NCBI GenBank assembly: GCA_023150835.1
Contig: JAKLKB010000001.1
Location: 62,001-126,000 of the forward strand
DNA from: Myxococcota bacterium
GTDB lineage: Bacteria; Myxococcota_C; UBA6777
Direction: 5' to 3'
Length of the DNA stretch: 64,000 nucleotides
The position numbers were made by a program, and so were the translations under genes. This document shows, in pieces, positions 46,355-56,771 of the stretch (its first letter is position 1; each line of letters opens with the position of its first letter). Under the pieces are notes generated by a model, which saw only the letters and a program-made list of their open reading frames with translations, made no database searches and was not told the origin of the DNA.

Positions 46355-47572
46355 ATGAAGTATCCAGAGTGGTTATCGCCGTTTATCATCTCGCCGGATA
46401 TCCCGCTGCGTTGGTACGGTACGATGTATGTGTTGGGCTTTCTGTCTGGCTTTTTGATCATGCGCCATTACATCAAGACCAAGGAGTTCAAGATCCCGCT
46501 TGAAGAAGAGGGCGGACTCTACGACCTGATGATGTATCTTATCCTTGGTTTGATGATCGGTGCGCGGGTGGGCAACTACATCCTCTACAGCCCAGAAGTG
46601 TTTGTTTTGCGGCCTTGGGAAGTCATCGGCTTCCATTATCGGCCTGATGGGAAGTTTAGCCATTTTGCCTTGTCTGGGATGTCTTTTCACGGCGGGCTGT
46701 TCGGGGTATTTGTGGCGATCTTGCTGTTTTTGCGTCGCTACAATTACAAGTTTTCGCACATCGGAGACTGGGCGGTTCTTGCGGCGACGCCCGGTCTGTT
46801 CTTCGGTCGGATGGGGAACTTCTTTAACGCCGAACTTTACGGTACGAAGACATCTTCGATCTGGGGGATGCGGTTTCCCCTTTACGATAAGGTCGGTGGA
46901 TACGAGAAATGGATCAAGCTTCCTGCGGCGCTGCGCCCGTACACAGAGCCACGCCACGCTTCGCAGCTTTACGAGGCGTTGCTTGAGGGCTTGGTGCTGA
47001 TGTTGATCTTGTTATTTATCAAAAGCCGCAAGCCTGCGCGGGGTGTGATGGCGTGGGCGTTTGTCGCCTTCTATGGTCTATTTCGGACGATGGTTGAATT
47101 TGTGCGCGATCCGAGTATCGCTTGGTCGTTGGGATGGTTCACTTCGGGGATGTTTTATTCTGTCCCGATGTTCCTCGTCGGGGTGGTAATGATGATCCGA
47201 CTCCAACAAAATCGCACCTCCTTTGTGGGGGATGATGCTTCGCCTTATCGCAATCCTTCGCCTTTCAAGGTTTCGGCTTCCAAAAGCGGGGCAGCGCCCA
47301 AAGATCGGCAGCGCCCATCTTCTCCGAAAGATCCGCCTCTTTCGTCTGCATCTTCTCCTGCAAAGGCATCGAATAAGGCCAAAGAGGCCGCCCCCAAAGC
47401 CCCCGCAAACCCACCCTCGGATGAAGCCTCTGCTGTTTCCACAAAGACCGCTCCTTCGGCAAAGACCGCTCCTCCGAAAAAGAACACTGCTCCGAATCAG
47501 CACAAGCCCACCCCGAAATCCTCTGTCTCGCAACAAGCCGCCAACAAAAGCAGCAAAAAGAAGAAAAAATAA
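46355..47572 (+). CDS. lgt: Prolipoprotein diacylglyceryl transferase with P/A/K/S-rich tail
   Basis: RWYG.MY, IGARVG, GMSFHGG, GRMGNFFNAELYG, HASQLYE, YGLFR..VEFVR. SD AAGGAG. Confidence 0.94.
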   Translation: MKYPEWLSPFIISPDIPLRWYGTMYVLGFLSGFLIMRHYIKTKEFKIPLEEEGGLYDLMMYLILGLMIGARVGNYILYSPEVFVLRPWEVIGFHYRPDGKFSHFALSGMSFHGGLFGVFVAILLFLRRYNYKFSHIGDWAVLAATPGLFFGRMGNFFNAELYGTKTSSIWGMRFPLYDKVGGYEKWIKLPAALRPYTEPRHASQLYEALLEGLVLMLILLFIKSRKPARGVMAWAFVAFYGLFRTMVEFVRDPSIAWSLGWFTSGMFYSVPMFLVGVVMMIRLQQNRTSFVGDDASPYRNPSPFKVSASKSGAAPKDRQRPSSPKDPPLSSASSPAKASNKAKEAAPKAPANPPSDEASAVSTKTAPSAKTAPPKKNTAPNQHKPTPKSSVSQQAANKSSKKKKK

Positions 47573-47686
47573 ATCTTGGAAGATCGAGGGCTTGTTCAAA
47601 TCAATCGCAGCGTTGTTTCAACGCCTGCAAGCACAGGGGCTGTTTGCCACATCATACAAAATCTGCCTAGTGCGTGATTGAAAGAT

Positions 47687-47706
47687 GGCGGATTATCCGT
47701 CTTTTT
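47687..47706 (+). terminator. Possible intrinsic terminator after lgt
   Basis: GGCGGA-TTA-TCCGTC hairpin followed by T5. Confidence 0.3.
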
Positions 47707-48211
47707 ATGCATCGTCTCCTTTTCTTTCTCTTCTATTCTTTCGTTCCACCCGTCTTCGATGCAAGGCAACGTTTGCAATCCTTCACCATCCTTTCGGATG
47801 CTCCGCTTTTCTCCCCCCTCGCCTCCGCTGCGCAGCCCCAAGGCGGCGGCTCCAACACTCTTCGATGCACCGGCTGGTGAGTTTCAAGGAGTTGGCTTGT
47901 TTGCTGTCTTCTTTGTACTGCTTCCTTAGGGTTTTGACGCAGCTTTGTTTGCAGGCATTGAGAAACAAACGACATTCATCGCTCGGTGAGCTGGGCCATC
48001 CGTCTCTGTCTGGTGCTTGGCCTGATGCTATTGCCCTCGATCTGTTGCGTCGGTGACCTCTTCATCGCCATCTTTTTTGAACGAACCCGTTCTTCGGGCG
48101 CGAAAGTTGAAGAAACTTAGTGATACTTACTTATAACGAGATAAAATTTGTGTTCGCGGCATTTCAAGCGGCAGTGTTGCTTGAGTGAAAGAACGATGAT
48201 CTCTTCGCCAA

Positions 48212-48267
48212 CATGGGGTCAAGGGGGCTAAGACCCCTTGCGGGGTGTGGGGCCGCGCCCCACAAAA
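48212..48267 (+). repeat. Double-hairpin dispersed repeat family C
   Basis: CAAGGGG-GCTAAGA-CCCCTTG and GTGGGG-CCGCG-CCCCAC hairpins, related to 10098-10153. Confidence 0.6.
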
Positions 48268-48476
48268 ACAAAACCAACAACGCAGATGGTGTAGATGACG
48301 GATAGACGGGCGTTATGGGGTAGATGTGGGACTCTAAAACAAGGCTTTGGCTTGTTCGATCAGTTTGAAGATCGCGCCGTCGTCGTTTTTGCGCAGGCGT
48401 CCGAAAAGCCCGTCCCTCCAGCGTTTTGGGAAGGCGTCTTTGCCATGCAAAGCGCCGATTAGGGTAGCGAGCCTTT

Positions 48477-50144
48477 TTATTTGGAGGTATCGGAGGCTTG
48501 TGGGTCATCGTTTTCATCGGAGCCACCGAGCAATTGGAGGATGATGGCTTCATAGACAAACAAGCGAACCGCAAGATAAAGCAGGGCGGGGAGGCCCCAC
48601 AAAGGCAAGCTGAGCAAGAGCAGCGCACCTAGCACATAAGCAACGGAAAGAGCGGGTGCTTGGGTGGATTCGCCCTCGGAAGTGATGCGTTCTTCGCGTG
48701 GATAGAGTGCGTCGAGGGCATTTTCTCCGAGTTGACGCATCATGCCTACGACAAAGTCGAGAACGAGCAACAGCGGAAAGAGTAGCAAGCTGAGGACAGA
48801 CAAAGGAAAGATCCGCATCCATCGTGGAGGTTGTAGGGTGCGTTTTGAGAGATCACTAAGGAAGTAGAGGGTTGTGTTGAGGATAAGAGACCAGAGGAAA
48901 AAGAGGAAAAAGAAGGGAACCCAAAGAGGCGCGCTAAAAAGCAGTTGTACGCGCAGGCGCAGTTCGGGCTGCATACACCAAACGCCCGCGATGCCTGCGA
49001 TGGGTACGATCAAAGCGAGCAAAAGGGTGATCTTGTGGAGGTTTTGCCCTGCGGGGAGGGTGTTGCTGTAGAAGACAAAGAGGCGAAGCAAAAAGAAAGA
49101 AAAACCAAAAAGCAGCCAGATGACAGCGACTTGGGGGTAAGAGGGCTTGGGCTGTCGGAGAGAGAGGCCGAGCAGCGCGTAAAGAGGGAGCAAGGCCGAC
49201 ACAAGGGTGAGAAGAAGAGGGACGGAGAGCAGCGCAGCCGTCGCGCTGAGGAGGAGGTTGGCCGCAAGGGGAGAAGCGAGCGCGGAGGCCCGATCCAGCA
49301 GCAATACGAGAAGAAAAGGGCTGAGAAAAAGCAATGCGACGGAGCGTGCGGACAGTCGGCGTTGTTTGCTCCATGACCACAACAAAGCGCCCGAAGGAAG
49401 GGCGATATAGAGTGCGACGATTAAACCCGCGATGTGTTTGCTGAGCGCGCTTGCGGTGAGCGAGGGAAAGAGCGATTGGAGAAGCTTTGCGAGGGGTTGT
49501 GCGATGTCCGAATGGAGTCCGAGGATGGCTTTTTGGGTGATGGCTTGAGCGATCAATCCGGCTTGATCGGCGGCACCTTGGAGGATATGCCCGAAGATGG
49601 CGAGTAGCACGAGGCTTTCGTAAGCGAGGGTAGTAAGGAAGAGGCCGATCTGATCGCGCAGGTGGTCGTGTGTGAGCAAGCCGTAGCCAAGGGAAAGAGA
49701 CAGCGGCGCAAGAAAGAGGCCGGGAAAGGTCCGGATGAAGGCAGGATCCATCAAGATCAGTTTGCGGGTAAGCATCATCTGGAGGGCAGGATCGGCTTGG
49801 AAAAGACGCACGATGTCGCTCAAGAGCCAGAGGAAAGAACCGAGCAAAAGTTCGATGGCAAGGGTCTTTCGGAACAAGGTATAGAGGCGTGCATGGAGCG
49901 TGGGTGCGATCGGTTGCAGCCCCAAGATCAAGAGAAAAGGGCTGAGGATGGCACTGGTGAGAACAGAGATCCCAAAGAGGGGAAAGCCGATGGATACGGG
50001 CGAATGGAGGAGCCATCGGATCGAAGGCGGCCAAAAGAAAGGAAGCAGAAAACCAAAGACAACCGCCCACGCACCCAAGATCGCGCCAAAAACAGCGAGG
50101 GGTAGGTGCAAAACATGGGGTGTGGTACGTGAGAGAGAAGGCAT
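48477..50144 (-). CDS. Polytopic membrane protein, unknown function
   Basis: 555 aa with about 12 Leu-rich hydrophobic segments. CAGGAG SD. Confidence 0.75.
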   Translation of the reverse strand: MPSLSRTTPHVLHLPLAVFGAILGAWAVVFGFLLPFFWPPSIRWLLHSPVSIGFPLFGISVLTSAILSPFLLILGLQPIAPTLHARLYTLFRKTLAIELLLGSFLWLLSDIVRLFQADPALQMMLTRKLILMDPAFIRTFPGLFLAPLSLSLGYGLLTHDHLRDQIGLFLTTLAYESLVLLAIFGHILQGAADQAGLIAQAITQKAILGLHSDIAQPLAKLLQSLFPSLTASALSKHIAGLIVALYIALPSGALLWSWSKQRRLSARSVALLFLSPFLLVLLLDRASALASPLAANLLLSATAALLSVPLLLTLVSALLPLYALLGLSLRQPKPSYPQVAVIWLLFGFSFFLLRLFVFYSNTLPAGQNLHKITLLLALIVPIAGIAGVWCMQPELRLRVQLLFSAPLWVPFFFLFFLWSLILNTTLYFLSDLSKRTLQPPRWMRIFPLSVLSLLLFPLLLVLDFVVGMMRQLGENALDALYPREERITSEGESTQAPALSVAYVLGALLLLSLPLWGLPALLYLAVRLFVYEAIILQLLGGSDENDDPQASDTSK

Positions 50145-50228
50145 GAGAGGACTCCTGTTTCGGCAGAGATAGAGGTGCGGAAAAAGAGGGTATAGGCTTG
50201 GGAGGGTCGGAAGATCCAGTAAAAAGGC

Positions 50229-53200
50229 TCATTCATCGGAGGTTTGTGGGAGACAACGTGCGTAGAGGTAAGCGAGCAGAAGTCGCATGGAAGAGGAGGG
50301 GGGTGGCGTGCTGCCGCGAAGTTGAACGAGGGGCGAGCGACAAGCAGGAGGGTTGTTTTCGCGGCGTGCGATCTCGCTTTGTGCGAGCCATGGGATCTCC
50401 CATGAGGGGTAGTCACGAGCAAGAGCGGCAAAGCGAGCCTTTGCGGTGTTGGGTTGTTGTTGGAGGTCAAAGAGGATCTGCAACAGTGCGCGAACGCGTG
50501 GTGTAATCGACGGAAGAGCCTCCCACTTTTTGCGTTTTTTTGTGGAGGTGGGAGCGTCTTGAAACAGAAGATCCAGTAAAAAAGGCCAAGCGTGAAGGAT
50601 ATCTGCGTCAGGAGGAGGAGTGGACTTTTTGTGGAAGAGCCGCAAGGCAGCGCGGGTTTTGGCGTCTGTGGCGAGTTGAAGCCAGAGCAGCCATGCAGGA
50701 AGGAAATCCGTCTCTTTTTTGAGTAATATCTCAAGAATACGGATGGCTTTGGGTAGATTTTCGGAGGCAACATAGGCAAGAGCTTGTCCGAATTGCATCG
50801 CGGTTTTTTCTTTGCTTTGGGCTTCTGCGCGTTGGAAGAGTGGGAGAGCTTGTTCTGCCTTTGCATCGCGCAATAGGCAAATGCCGTTGGCGAGGGCAAA
50901 CTGATGAGTAGGGCATTGTTCGGATGAGGGGATCTCTTCGCATTTTCCGATGCTGGCGAGGGCGAGAGATTGCATTGAAAAGATCTTACAATGTTCGTTT
51001 GGAGGTCGTGTTTGGAGGGCGTGTTTGAGGTAGGGTAGGGCTTCTTTGGTTTGGCCTAGGTTGGAAAGCATCTGGATCAGCGGGTAGATCAAGCGGATGC
51101 GTCCGTCGCCAAGGGTGTAGGCTTGACGTAAGAAGGCGAGACGTTCATGGGGGGGACGTTTCGTATCAAGGGCGACCAATTCGTAGCCATAAGGGGAACG
51201 GGGAAAGCGGGAGCGCAGTGTCTGTTGGAGAGCAAGACGTTCGGCGGATTCTTTTGCGGGGTCAAGTGAAAGAGCGCGCCAATAGAGGGGTTCGGGTTGG
51301 TTTGGGTAATCGCGGGAAAAGTCATCAAGGTATTTGGTGCGTTCGTTGAGATCGGGTTCTTCTTGGGCCAACAAGAGGCGCATGAGTGCGGGATAGGCAA
51401 AGGGGGTTTTGGGGCGCCAACGCTCTTGGAGGGCTTGGCGGTAGGCTTGCAAGGCGATCTCTGGTTTGCCTTGGAGTTCAAACCATTGTCCTTGGATGTA
51501 GAGAGTGAGGAAGCGATTGCGGGGGTGGGCAAGTCCTTTTTTCTGAAGGTGGCGGAGGGCTTGTTGCCAAGGCTTGCGCAGGTTGAAGTGGCGCAAAAGC
51601 TGGAAGTAAAGCAAAAGCATCTCGGGCTGTTGGGGGATGTGTTGGGGGTAAGTTTTTTGAATGTCGTCCAAGGCACGTTGGGGTTGTCCAGCCCAAAAAG
51701 CATAGCGCAGACGGCGTTGGAGGATATCGTCGTCTTGAGGCTCAAGGTTGTGGGCTTTTTCGAGGGCGCGAAGGGCTTCGTCCGCTTGGTTTTCGCTCCA
51801 GAGGTAGCGTGCTTCGAGCGCGTAGTATTGGGCCATAAGAGATTGTGGGTAGTGTGCTTGGAGGGTTTTTTGTTGGATGGCTTGACGGATCTGAAGGATT
51901 TGGGCGTTCCATTCGGGCGTATCTTTTCGCCAAGCGTGTTGGAGGAGGGTGAGAAGGGCGGGGAGGTGTTCAGGGGCGCGGCTTTTGGCTTGGAGCAAAA
52001 AGGCGGTGGCTTGGTTTTCTTGGTTGTGTCGGAGGTGATAAAGCGCTTGTCGCCAACAAGGTAGGACGTAAGCGGTGTGTTTTTGGCAAAGGGAGCGATA
52101 GATCTCGATGGCGGGCTTTTCGCGCCCCATGAGTTCGAACATTCGGGCAATCATATATCCCCATACGGGGTCTTGAATGCGTGTTTTTAGAGATTGTCGA
52201 AGCTGTGGGTAGAGTTTTTGAAGGTCATCTTGGGAGCGTAAAGCGACTGCGCGGCTCAATTCAACGAGAGAAAATTCTTTTTGGAGGGTGGGAGAAAACT
52301 TTTGTTTGAGGAGATCGCGCCAGATGATCTCGACATCTGCGCGCATCGAGCGTTCGGTGCCGTGGCTATCAAAGAGAAGATAAGCGTAGCGGATGGCGAG
52401 CCAATCCGCAGGGTTTTTTTGTTGTTGATAGGCCTGCATGGCTTTTCGGCTAAGCGTGCGATGTGCTTGGATGTGATCGAGTTGGAGAGCGCGTTGTGTG
52501 AGGGAAAGCGGAGGTTTTTTTAGGCGTTGGCTTCGTCGGAAAGATGCGCTGCGAAAGGCCCAAAAAGTGGCGAAGACGCTACCAAAGAAAAGAAGGCTCG
52601 CAAGCGTCCATACAGCGGGGTGGATGCTTCGCCAAAAGGAGGTTTTTGTGGGGGCGGGCATATTTTCGCGTGAAGAAGTAATGAGAGCCTCGGTAGAGCC
52701 TTCGCTGCGTGTGCGGGTTCCGGGCATGGCGACCCGAAGGGGATTTTGATCGAGCCATTGGATCAGAGGTGAAAAGCTCGGCCAAGTGTAGAGCGGCTGC
52801 CATTGGAGTGCTTCGGGAGACTCCGCGATCAAGGGAGCGAGTTCTTCGTTGCCGTCCAATTCATGTTTGTTCAACATATCAAAGATTTCTTCTTCGTGGA
52901 AGGGTCCAAATTGCTTTTCACTACGGCGGATCAAAAAGCGCTGAAGCGTTGAATTTGTCTCGTTTTCGCTATGGACGAAGTCTTTTAAAAGCTCCTGCAT
53001 CTTTGAATGACTTGCCGAGGCTTTTTTCTCTTTGGGCAGGGTATTTTGGCGTGGGGGGGGGGGTTGTTTGGGCGTAGCTGGGTTAGGATTCGGCTTAGAG
53101 GGGTTGCGTTTTCCTGTGGAGTAGCGAAGTCCGCCTTCGGTCGGAGAGGAATCGAGAGCGGGTGGTGTTGGGTGTTCGTCGTTGCGGGGTTGTGGGCGAG

Positions 53201-54302
53201 GATAGTACGTTTGTGAGGGCGGAGCTTCGGGGAGATGGAAGGTGGGGTCAGGGAGGGAAGGGGGTGAGTGGGAGGCTGTGTGTCGAGGGGCAGGCTCGAC
53301 GGTTTTACGGATGGCGGAGCGGAGATCTTCGGAGAGCGAGGGAAGGTCAGGGAGGGCGGAGGCCGAGAGCGGCGGATTGCGGGGAGGGGGTTGTTCGTAG
53401 AAAGAAGGCAGTTCTGTTTCAGAAGAGAGCCGATCTTCAAATCGCAAGGGTTCACCGAGGAGATCGCTGATTTCTTGTACGCTGGTGAGGGGAGTGAGAG
53501 AGTGGTCGGGCTTGAAAGGAGGGGAGGTGTTGGCTGAGAGAAAGTCGTCAAAAACATCGAGATCTTGTTCTTGCATGGCGATGTGTTCGGGGAGATCGTC
53601 ATCAGCCATGGGCAGATCGGCAAAAGAGAGAGACTCACCGAGGGGTTCTTCGGGAGGGGTCCAGTGCCGAGCGTTGTATTGATCGCTGGAGGGGCTGCGT
53701 TGTGGGTAAGGGGCTTGAGGAGAGGGGGAGTAGGCGGGGGTATGTTGCCCAAAATGGGGAGCAGGGTAAGAGCCAGAAAGTCCGCGATGAGGAGCGGGAA
53801 GGTTTGCGGGTGGATAAGCATCGATTTGGACGGAAGGAGGCGAATAGGCGGAAGGGAGATCTGTTTTCGAGAATTGCGGGAGGTTGGTTTTTGAGCGAGG
53901 TTGATGGGTGGGTGGGGGGTAGTCTGGTTGTGTTGGGCGATAATGTCGTGGGGTGCTTATGACAGAACGAGAGGGGGAGTGTTCAGGAAGTGGAGGGCGA
54001 TTTTCTTCGATATCCCAGACTTCTGGGGAGATTTCATGAAGTTGGTCGCTTGAAAAAGTCTGTTTTTGAGCGGGGTTGTGAGGATAAGGCGGGGAGGATT
54101 GTCGGTGTTGTGGAGAGGTGGGCGGTTGAGTGTGTCGATGAGATGGGGGGTTGTTTGGTGCTTGAGGAGCGTGTTTTTTGGGAAGCGGGGAGATGTGGTT
54201 GGAGGGATGAAGGTGTGCCGTTTCGGAGGGGTGAAAGGGCTGTTTTGGATCTGGAGGGGATTTGGAGCGATCGCGTGTCAAGGCAAACTCCTCGATTCGC
54301 AA
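50229..54302 (-). CDS. Bitopic membrane protein: Pro-rich disordered N-terminus, GYF_2-like domain, TM, TPR repeats
   Basis: FGPF..EEI..ML....LDG.E....W (GYF_2-like), TM at AVWTLASLLFFGSVFATFWAF, repeated A...L..A....P helices. Start uncertain. Confidence 0.75.
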   Translation of the reverse strand: MRIEEFALTRDRSKSPPDPKQPFHPSETAHLHPSNHISPLPKKHAPQAPNNPPSHRHTQPPTSPQHRQSSPPYPHNPAQKQTFSSDQLHEISPEVWDIEENRPPLPEHSPSRSVISTPRHYRPTQPDYPPPTHQPRSKTNLPQFSKTDLPSAYSPPSVQIDAYPPANLPAPHRGLSGSYPAPHFGQHTPAYSPSPQAPYPQRSPSSDQYNARHWTPPEEPLGESLSFADLPMADDDLPEHIAMQEQDLDVFDDFLSANTSPPFKPDHSLTPLTSVQEISDLLGEPLRFEDRLSSETELPSFYEQPPPRNPPLSASALPDLPSLSEDLRSAIRKTVEPAPRHTASHSPPSLPDPTFHLPEAPPSQTYYPRPQPRNDEHPTPPALDSSPTEGGLRYSTGKRNPSKPNPNPATPKQPPPPRQNTLPKEKKASASHSKMQELLKDFVHSENETNSTLQRFLIRRSEKQFGPFHEEEIFDMLNKHELDGNEELAPLIAESPEALQWQPLYTWPSFSPLIQWLDQNPLRVAMPGTRTRSEGSTEALITSSRENMPAPTKTSFWRSIHPAVWTLASLLFFGSVFATFWAFRSASFRRSQRLKKPPLSLTQRALQLDHIQAHRTLSRKAMQAYQQQKNPADWLAIRYAYLLFDSHGTERSMRADVEIIWRDLLKQKFSPTLQKEFSLVELSRAVALRSQDDLQKLYPQLRQSLKTRIQDPVWGYMIARMFELMGREKPAIEIYRSLCQKHTAYVLPCWRQALYHLRHNQENQATAFLLQAKSRAPEHLPALLTLLQHAWRKDTPEWNAQILQIRQAIQQKTLQAHYPQSLMAQYYALEARYLWSENQADEALRALEKAHNLEPQDDDILQRRLRYAFWAGQPQRALDDIQKTYPQHIPQQPEMLLLYFQLLRHFNLRKPWQQALRHLQKKGLAHPRNRFLTLYIQGQWFELQGKPEIALQAYRQALQERWRPKTPFAYPALMRLLLAQEEPDLNERTKYLDDFSRDYPNQPEPLYWRALSLDPAKESAERLALQQTLRSRFPRSPYGYELVALDTKRPPHERLAFLRQAYTLGDGRIRLIYPLIQMLSNLGQTKEALPYLKHALQTRPPNEHCKIFSMQSLALASIGKCEEIPSSEQCPTHQFALANGICLLRDAKAEQALPLFQRAEAQSKEKTAMQFGQALAYVASENLPKAIRILEILLKKETDFLPAWLLWLQLATDAKTRAALRLFHKKSTPPPDADILHAWPFLLDLLFQDAPTSTKKRKKWEALPSITPRVRALLQILFDLQQQPNTAKARFAALARDYPSWEIPWLAQSEIARRENNPPACRSPLVQLRGSTPPPSSSMRLLLAYLYARCLPQTSDE

Positions 54303-54641
54303 GAGACGGCGCTTAAGCGAAATTGGGGTTGTATGTTACGCTATGCTTGCGCAGAGATCAACCGCGAGGAAGAAAGAAGCGTGTTTTTGTGCGAGGAGGG
54401 GAGGTGATGTATCGTAAGGGAGGGGACTTGCGCGAGCGCAGGTTCTGGCATAACAAAGCGATGCGCCGAACACGGCGTGCGATGTGCGAAAAGAAATATC
54501 AAGGACATAGGGCCGTTGTGGAGGACGTATGAAAGCCAATCCAACGGTCCGTTTGCACCCGCATCCACGTCGATTTATTAAGAAGCAAAAGGGTTTTCGA
54601 GAAGTGCAAGGAAGTGTTTTTGAAATAAAGCGGTAGAAGCG

Positions 54642-56000
54642 ATGCGCAACAAGATCTGGGCGATAGGATTCTTTTTGTTGGGATGGATAGGAGTGGAACA
54701 ACCCCACGCAGCGAAGCGAACACGGATGCGTGTTTTGCGAGAGATTCGCTACGAAAAGCGTGAGAATTATACGCGAGTGGTGTTGTTGTTGAGCGGGCGG
54801 GTGCAGATCGAAGAAGGAGAAGCGCCTGCAGTCGTGCATCAAGGACTTCCCCCACGGCTGTATGTTGATTTGACGCCTTGTTTGCCGATTCGGAAGTGGA
54901 GGCGGGGGCCGTTGCTGGTGCAAGGGCGGCGTTTGCGTCGAGTGCGTGTCGCACGTCACACGTTGCGGACCACGCGGGTGGTTCTGGAATTAGGAGAGGT
55001 GGGGCGTTCGCAAGTCACGGTATTGAGTGATCCTGTGCGGATCGTGATCGATCTAGCGGATCAGAAGTTGCCAGCGCGCCCAACGACAAAGACCCCTTTG
55101 CCGCTCCAACAACCCTCATTGCAGAAGAATGTTAGAGAATCCAGTACGTTGGGGCTGCCCGTTGAGGGGAACCTGCCCTCTCCGCCCGAAAGGCGCCCGT
55201 ATGTTTTGCGTTATGAGGGTCCGTTGCGTTTGCCGTTTCCTGTTCGTGTGCGTCGGGTGGCGATCGACGCGGGGCATGGAGGGCGAGAGGATGGGGCGGT
55301 TGGCTTGCGAACGAGGCTGAGAGAAAAGACGGTGACGTTGGATATCGCTCGTCGATTGGTGAAGTGGTTGCGTCCAAGAACGTCAGTGGAATTTTTTTTG
55401 ACGCGAGAGCAAGACGAGTACATCTCGATCTCGCAACGGGCTTTGTTGGTGAAGCGAAAGGCTGCGGATTTGTTGATATCTGTGCATATTAACGCGAACC
55501 GAGATCGCAAGATACAGGGTCTGGCGACTTATTTGTTAAATTGGGACGAGCGCTTTTATGCGTCGCGGTTGATGGCGTCTGATGCGTTGATGGCTCGTGA
55601 AAACCAAGGAGTGGATCCAAGCCTATTTCAGGATGTGAATATGATCCTTAGTGGTATGCAAGTACAAAATCACTCGGTGGTTTCAAGGATTCTGGGCGTA
55701 GCGATCCAGCGCGGGATGGTGCAAGGGGTACAAGGGGCCTATCCGTATGTTCGGGATTTGGGAGTGCGTGATGGGTTGTTTTATTTGCTTTTTGCTTCGG
55801 AAGTTCCGGGTATCTTGGTTGAGGCGTCTTTTTTAACGAACCCAACGGAGGAGCGATTGTTGGGGACAACAAGATATCGATCTGAGATCGCACGCGGGAT
55901 CGGTCAAGGGCTGTTGCATTTTTTGAAGATCGCAGACGCAAGCGTGGCTGCAAGCCCGCAAACGACGGCACCGATCACGCGAAAGAAACAGAAACCGTGA
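54642..56000 (+). CDS. amiC: N-acetylmuramoyl-L-alanine amidase (AMIN + Amidase_3), AmiC-like
   Basis: TRVVL..PRLYVDL..TRVVLEL..PVRIVID (AMIN), then IDAGHGG, EK..TLDIA, SVHIN, ILVEASF.TN..E. Confidence 0.88.
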   Translation: MRNKIWAIGFFLLGWIGVEQPHAAKRTRMRVLREIRYEKRENYTRVVLLLSGRVQIEEGEAPAVVHQGLPPRLYVDLTPCLPIRKWRRGPLLVQGRRLRRVRVARHTLRTTRVVLELGEVGRSQVTVLSDPVRIVIDLADQKLPARPTTKTPLPLQQPSLQKNVRESSTLGLPVEGNLPSPPERRPYVLRYEGPLRLPFPVRVRRVAIDAGHGGREDGAVGLRTRLREKTVTLDIARRLVKWLRPRTSVEFFLTREQDEYISISQRALLVKRKAADLLISVHINANRDRKIQGLATYLLNWDERFYASRLMASDALMARENQGVDPSLFQDVNMILSGMQVQNHSVVSRILGVAIQRGMVQGVQGAYPYVRDLGVRDGLFYLLFASEVPGILVEASFLTNPTEERLLGTTRYRSEIARGIGQGLLHFLKIADASVAASPQTTAPITRKKQKP

Positions 56001-56018
56001 TGTTGAAAGAAAAAAGGC

Positions 56019-56047
56019 TTGACAGAAAGAAAGAAGGGCGATATAAC
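56019..56047 (+). promoter_or_regulatory. Sigma70 promoter of the ribosomal protein cluster
   Basis: TTGACA (56019-24), 17-bp spacer, TATAAC (56042-47), A-rich UP region. Confidence 0.8.
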
Positions 56048-56382
56048 CCCACTCCACTTGCGGGAACGTAACGCAAACGCTTGAAAAGTGTGCCTTCACA
56101 CACAAGCACTCAAGTTTTCTTTCCGGGTCCTCCGAACCATGTTTCGTGACCCATCTACACTTTTTTGATCATTCGATCACGGGGAACCCTCCCCGACTAT
56201 TTTCGCAGCGTTTGATCGCCTGCAAATCATATAAGCTCCGAAGCATCGAGTCTTTTTCGTGTCTCGCCGTGTGCGCGTGTTTCTTATCGCGAACTCGACA
56301 CGAAACGCGTGATGTGTATAGCGCCCAGCGGCATCCGCGATGTCGCGGATGCGCACAGATATGGAACGAGGAGAGGCACTCT

Positions 56383-56757
56383 ATGCCGACAATCAATCAA
56401 TTGATCCGTCACGGTCGGGTTCAGCGGAAAAAGAAAACGGCCGCTCCTGCCTTGAAAAACTGCCCCCAAAAGCGCGGTGTTTGTACGCGCGTCTATACAA
56501 CGACGCCAAAAAAACCAAACTCTGCGTTGCGGAAAGTTGCTCGTGTGCGGTTGACCAACCAAATGGAAGTGACCGCGTACATCCCCGGTGAAGGTCATAA
56601 CCTCCAAGAACACTCTGTGGTATTGATCCGTGGTGGTCGTGTCAAGGATCTTCCGGGGGTTCGCTACCACATCATCCGCGGTGCATTGGACTCTGTGGGA
56701 GTGCAAAAACGCCGTCAAGGTCGATCCAAATACGGAACCAAACGTCCCAAGTCCTGA
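56383..56757 (+). CDS. rpsL: 30S ribosomal protein S12
   Basis: [35 protein letters not shown]. Confidence 0.98.
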   Translation: MPTINQLIRHGRVQRKKKTAAPALKNCPQKRGVCTRVYTTTPKKPNSALRKVARVRLTNQMEVTAYIPGEGHNLQEHSVVLIRGGRVKDLPGVRYHIIRGALDSVGVQKRRQGRSKYGTKRPKS

Positions 56758-56771
56758 GCAAAGCAGATCGT

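Noticed and set aside
47770-47830. c-di-GMP-I riboswitch (minus strand, GAAA-capped hairpin)
   Set aside because: Flanking GCAAAC / GGACGCAAAGC consensus and the second stem do not fit.
56383-56757. Streptomycin-resistance substitution in S12
   Set aside because: PKKPNSA and RVKDLP motifs are wild type.
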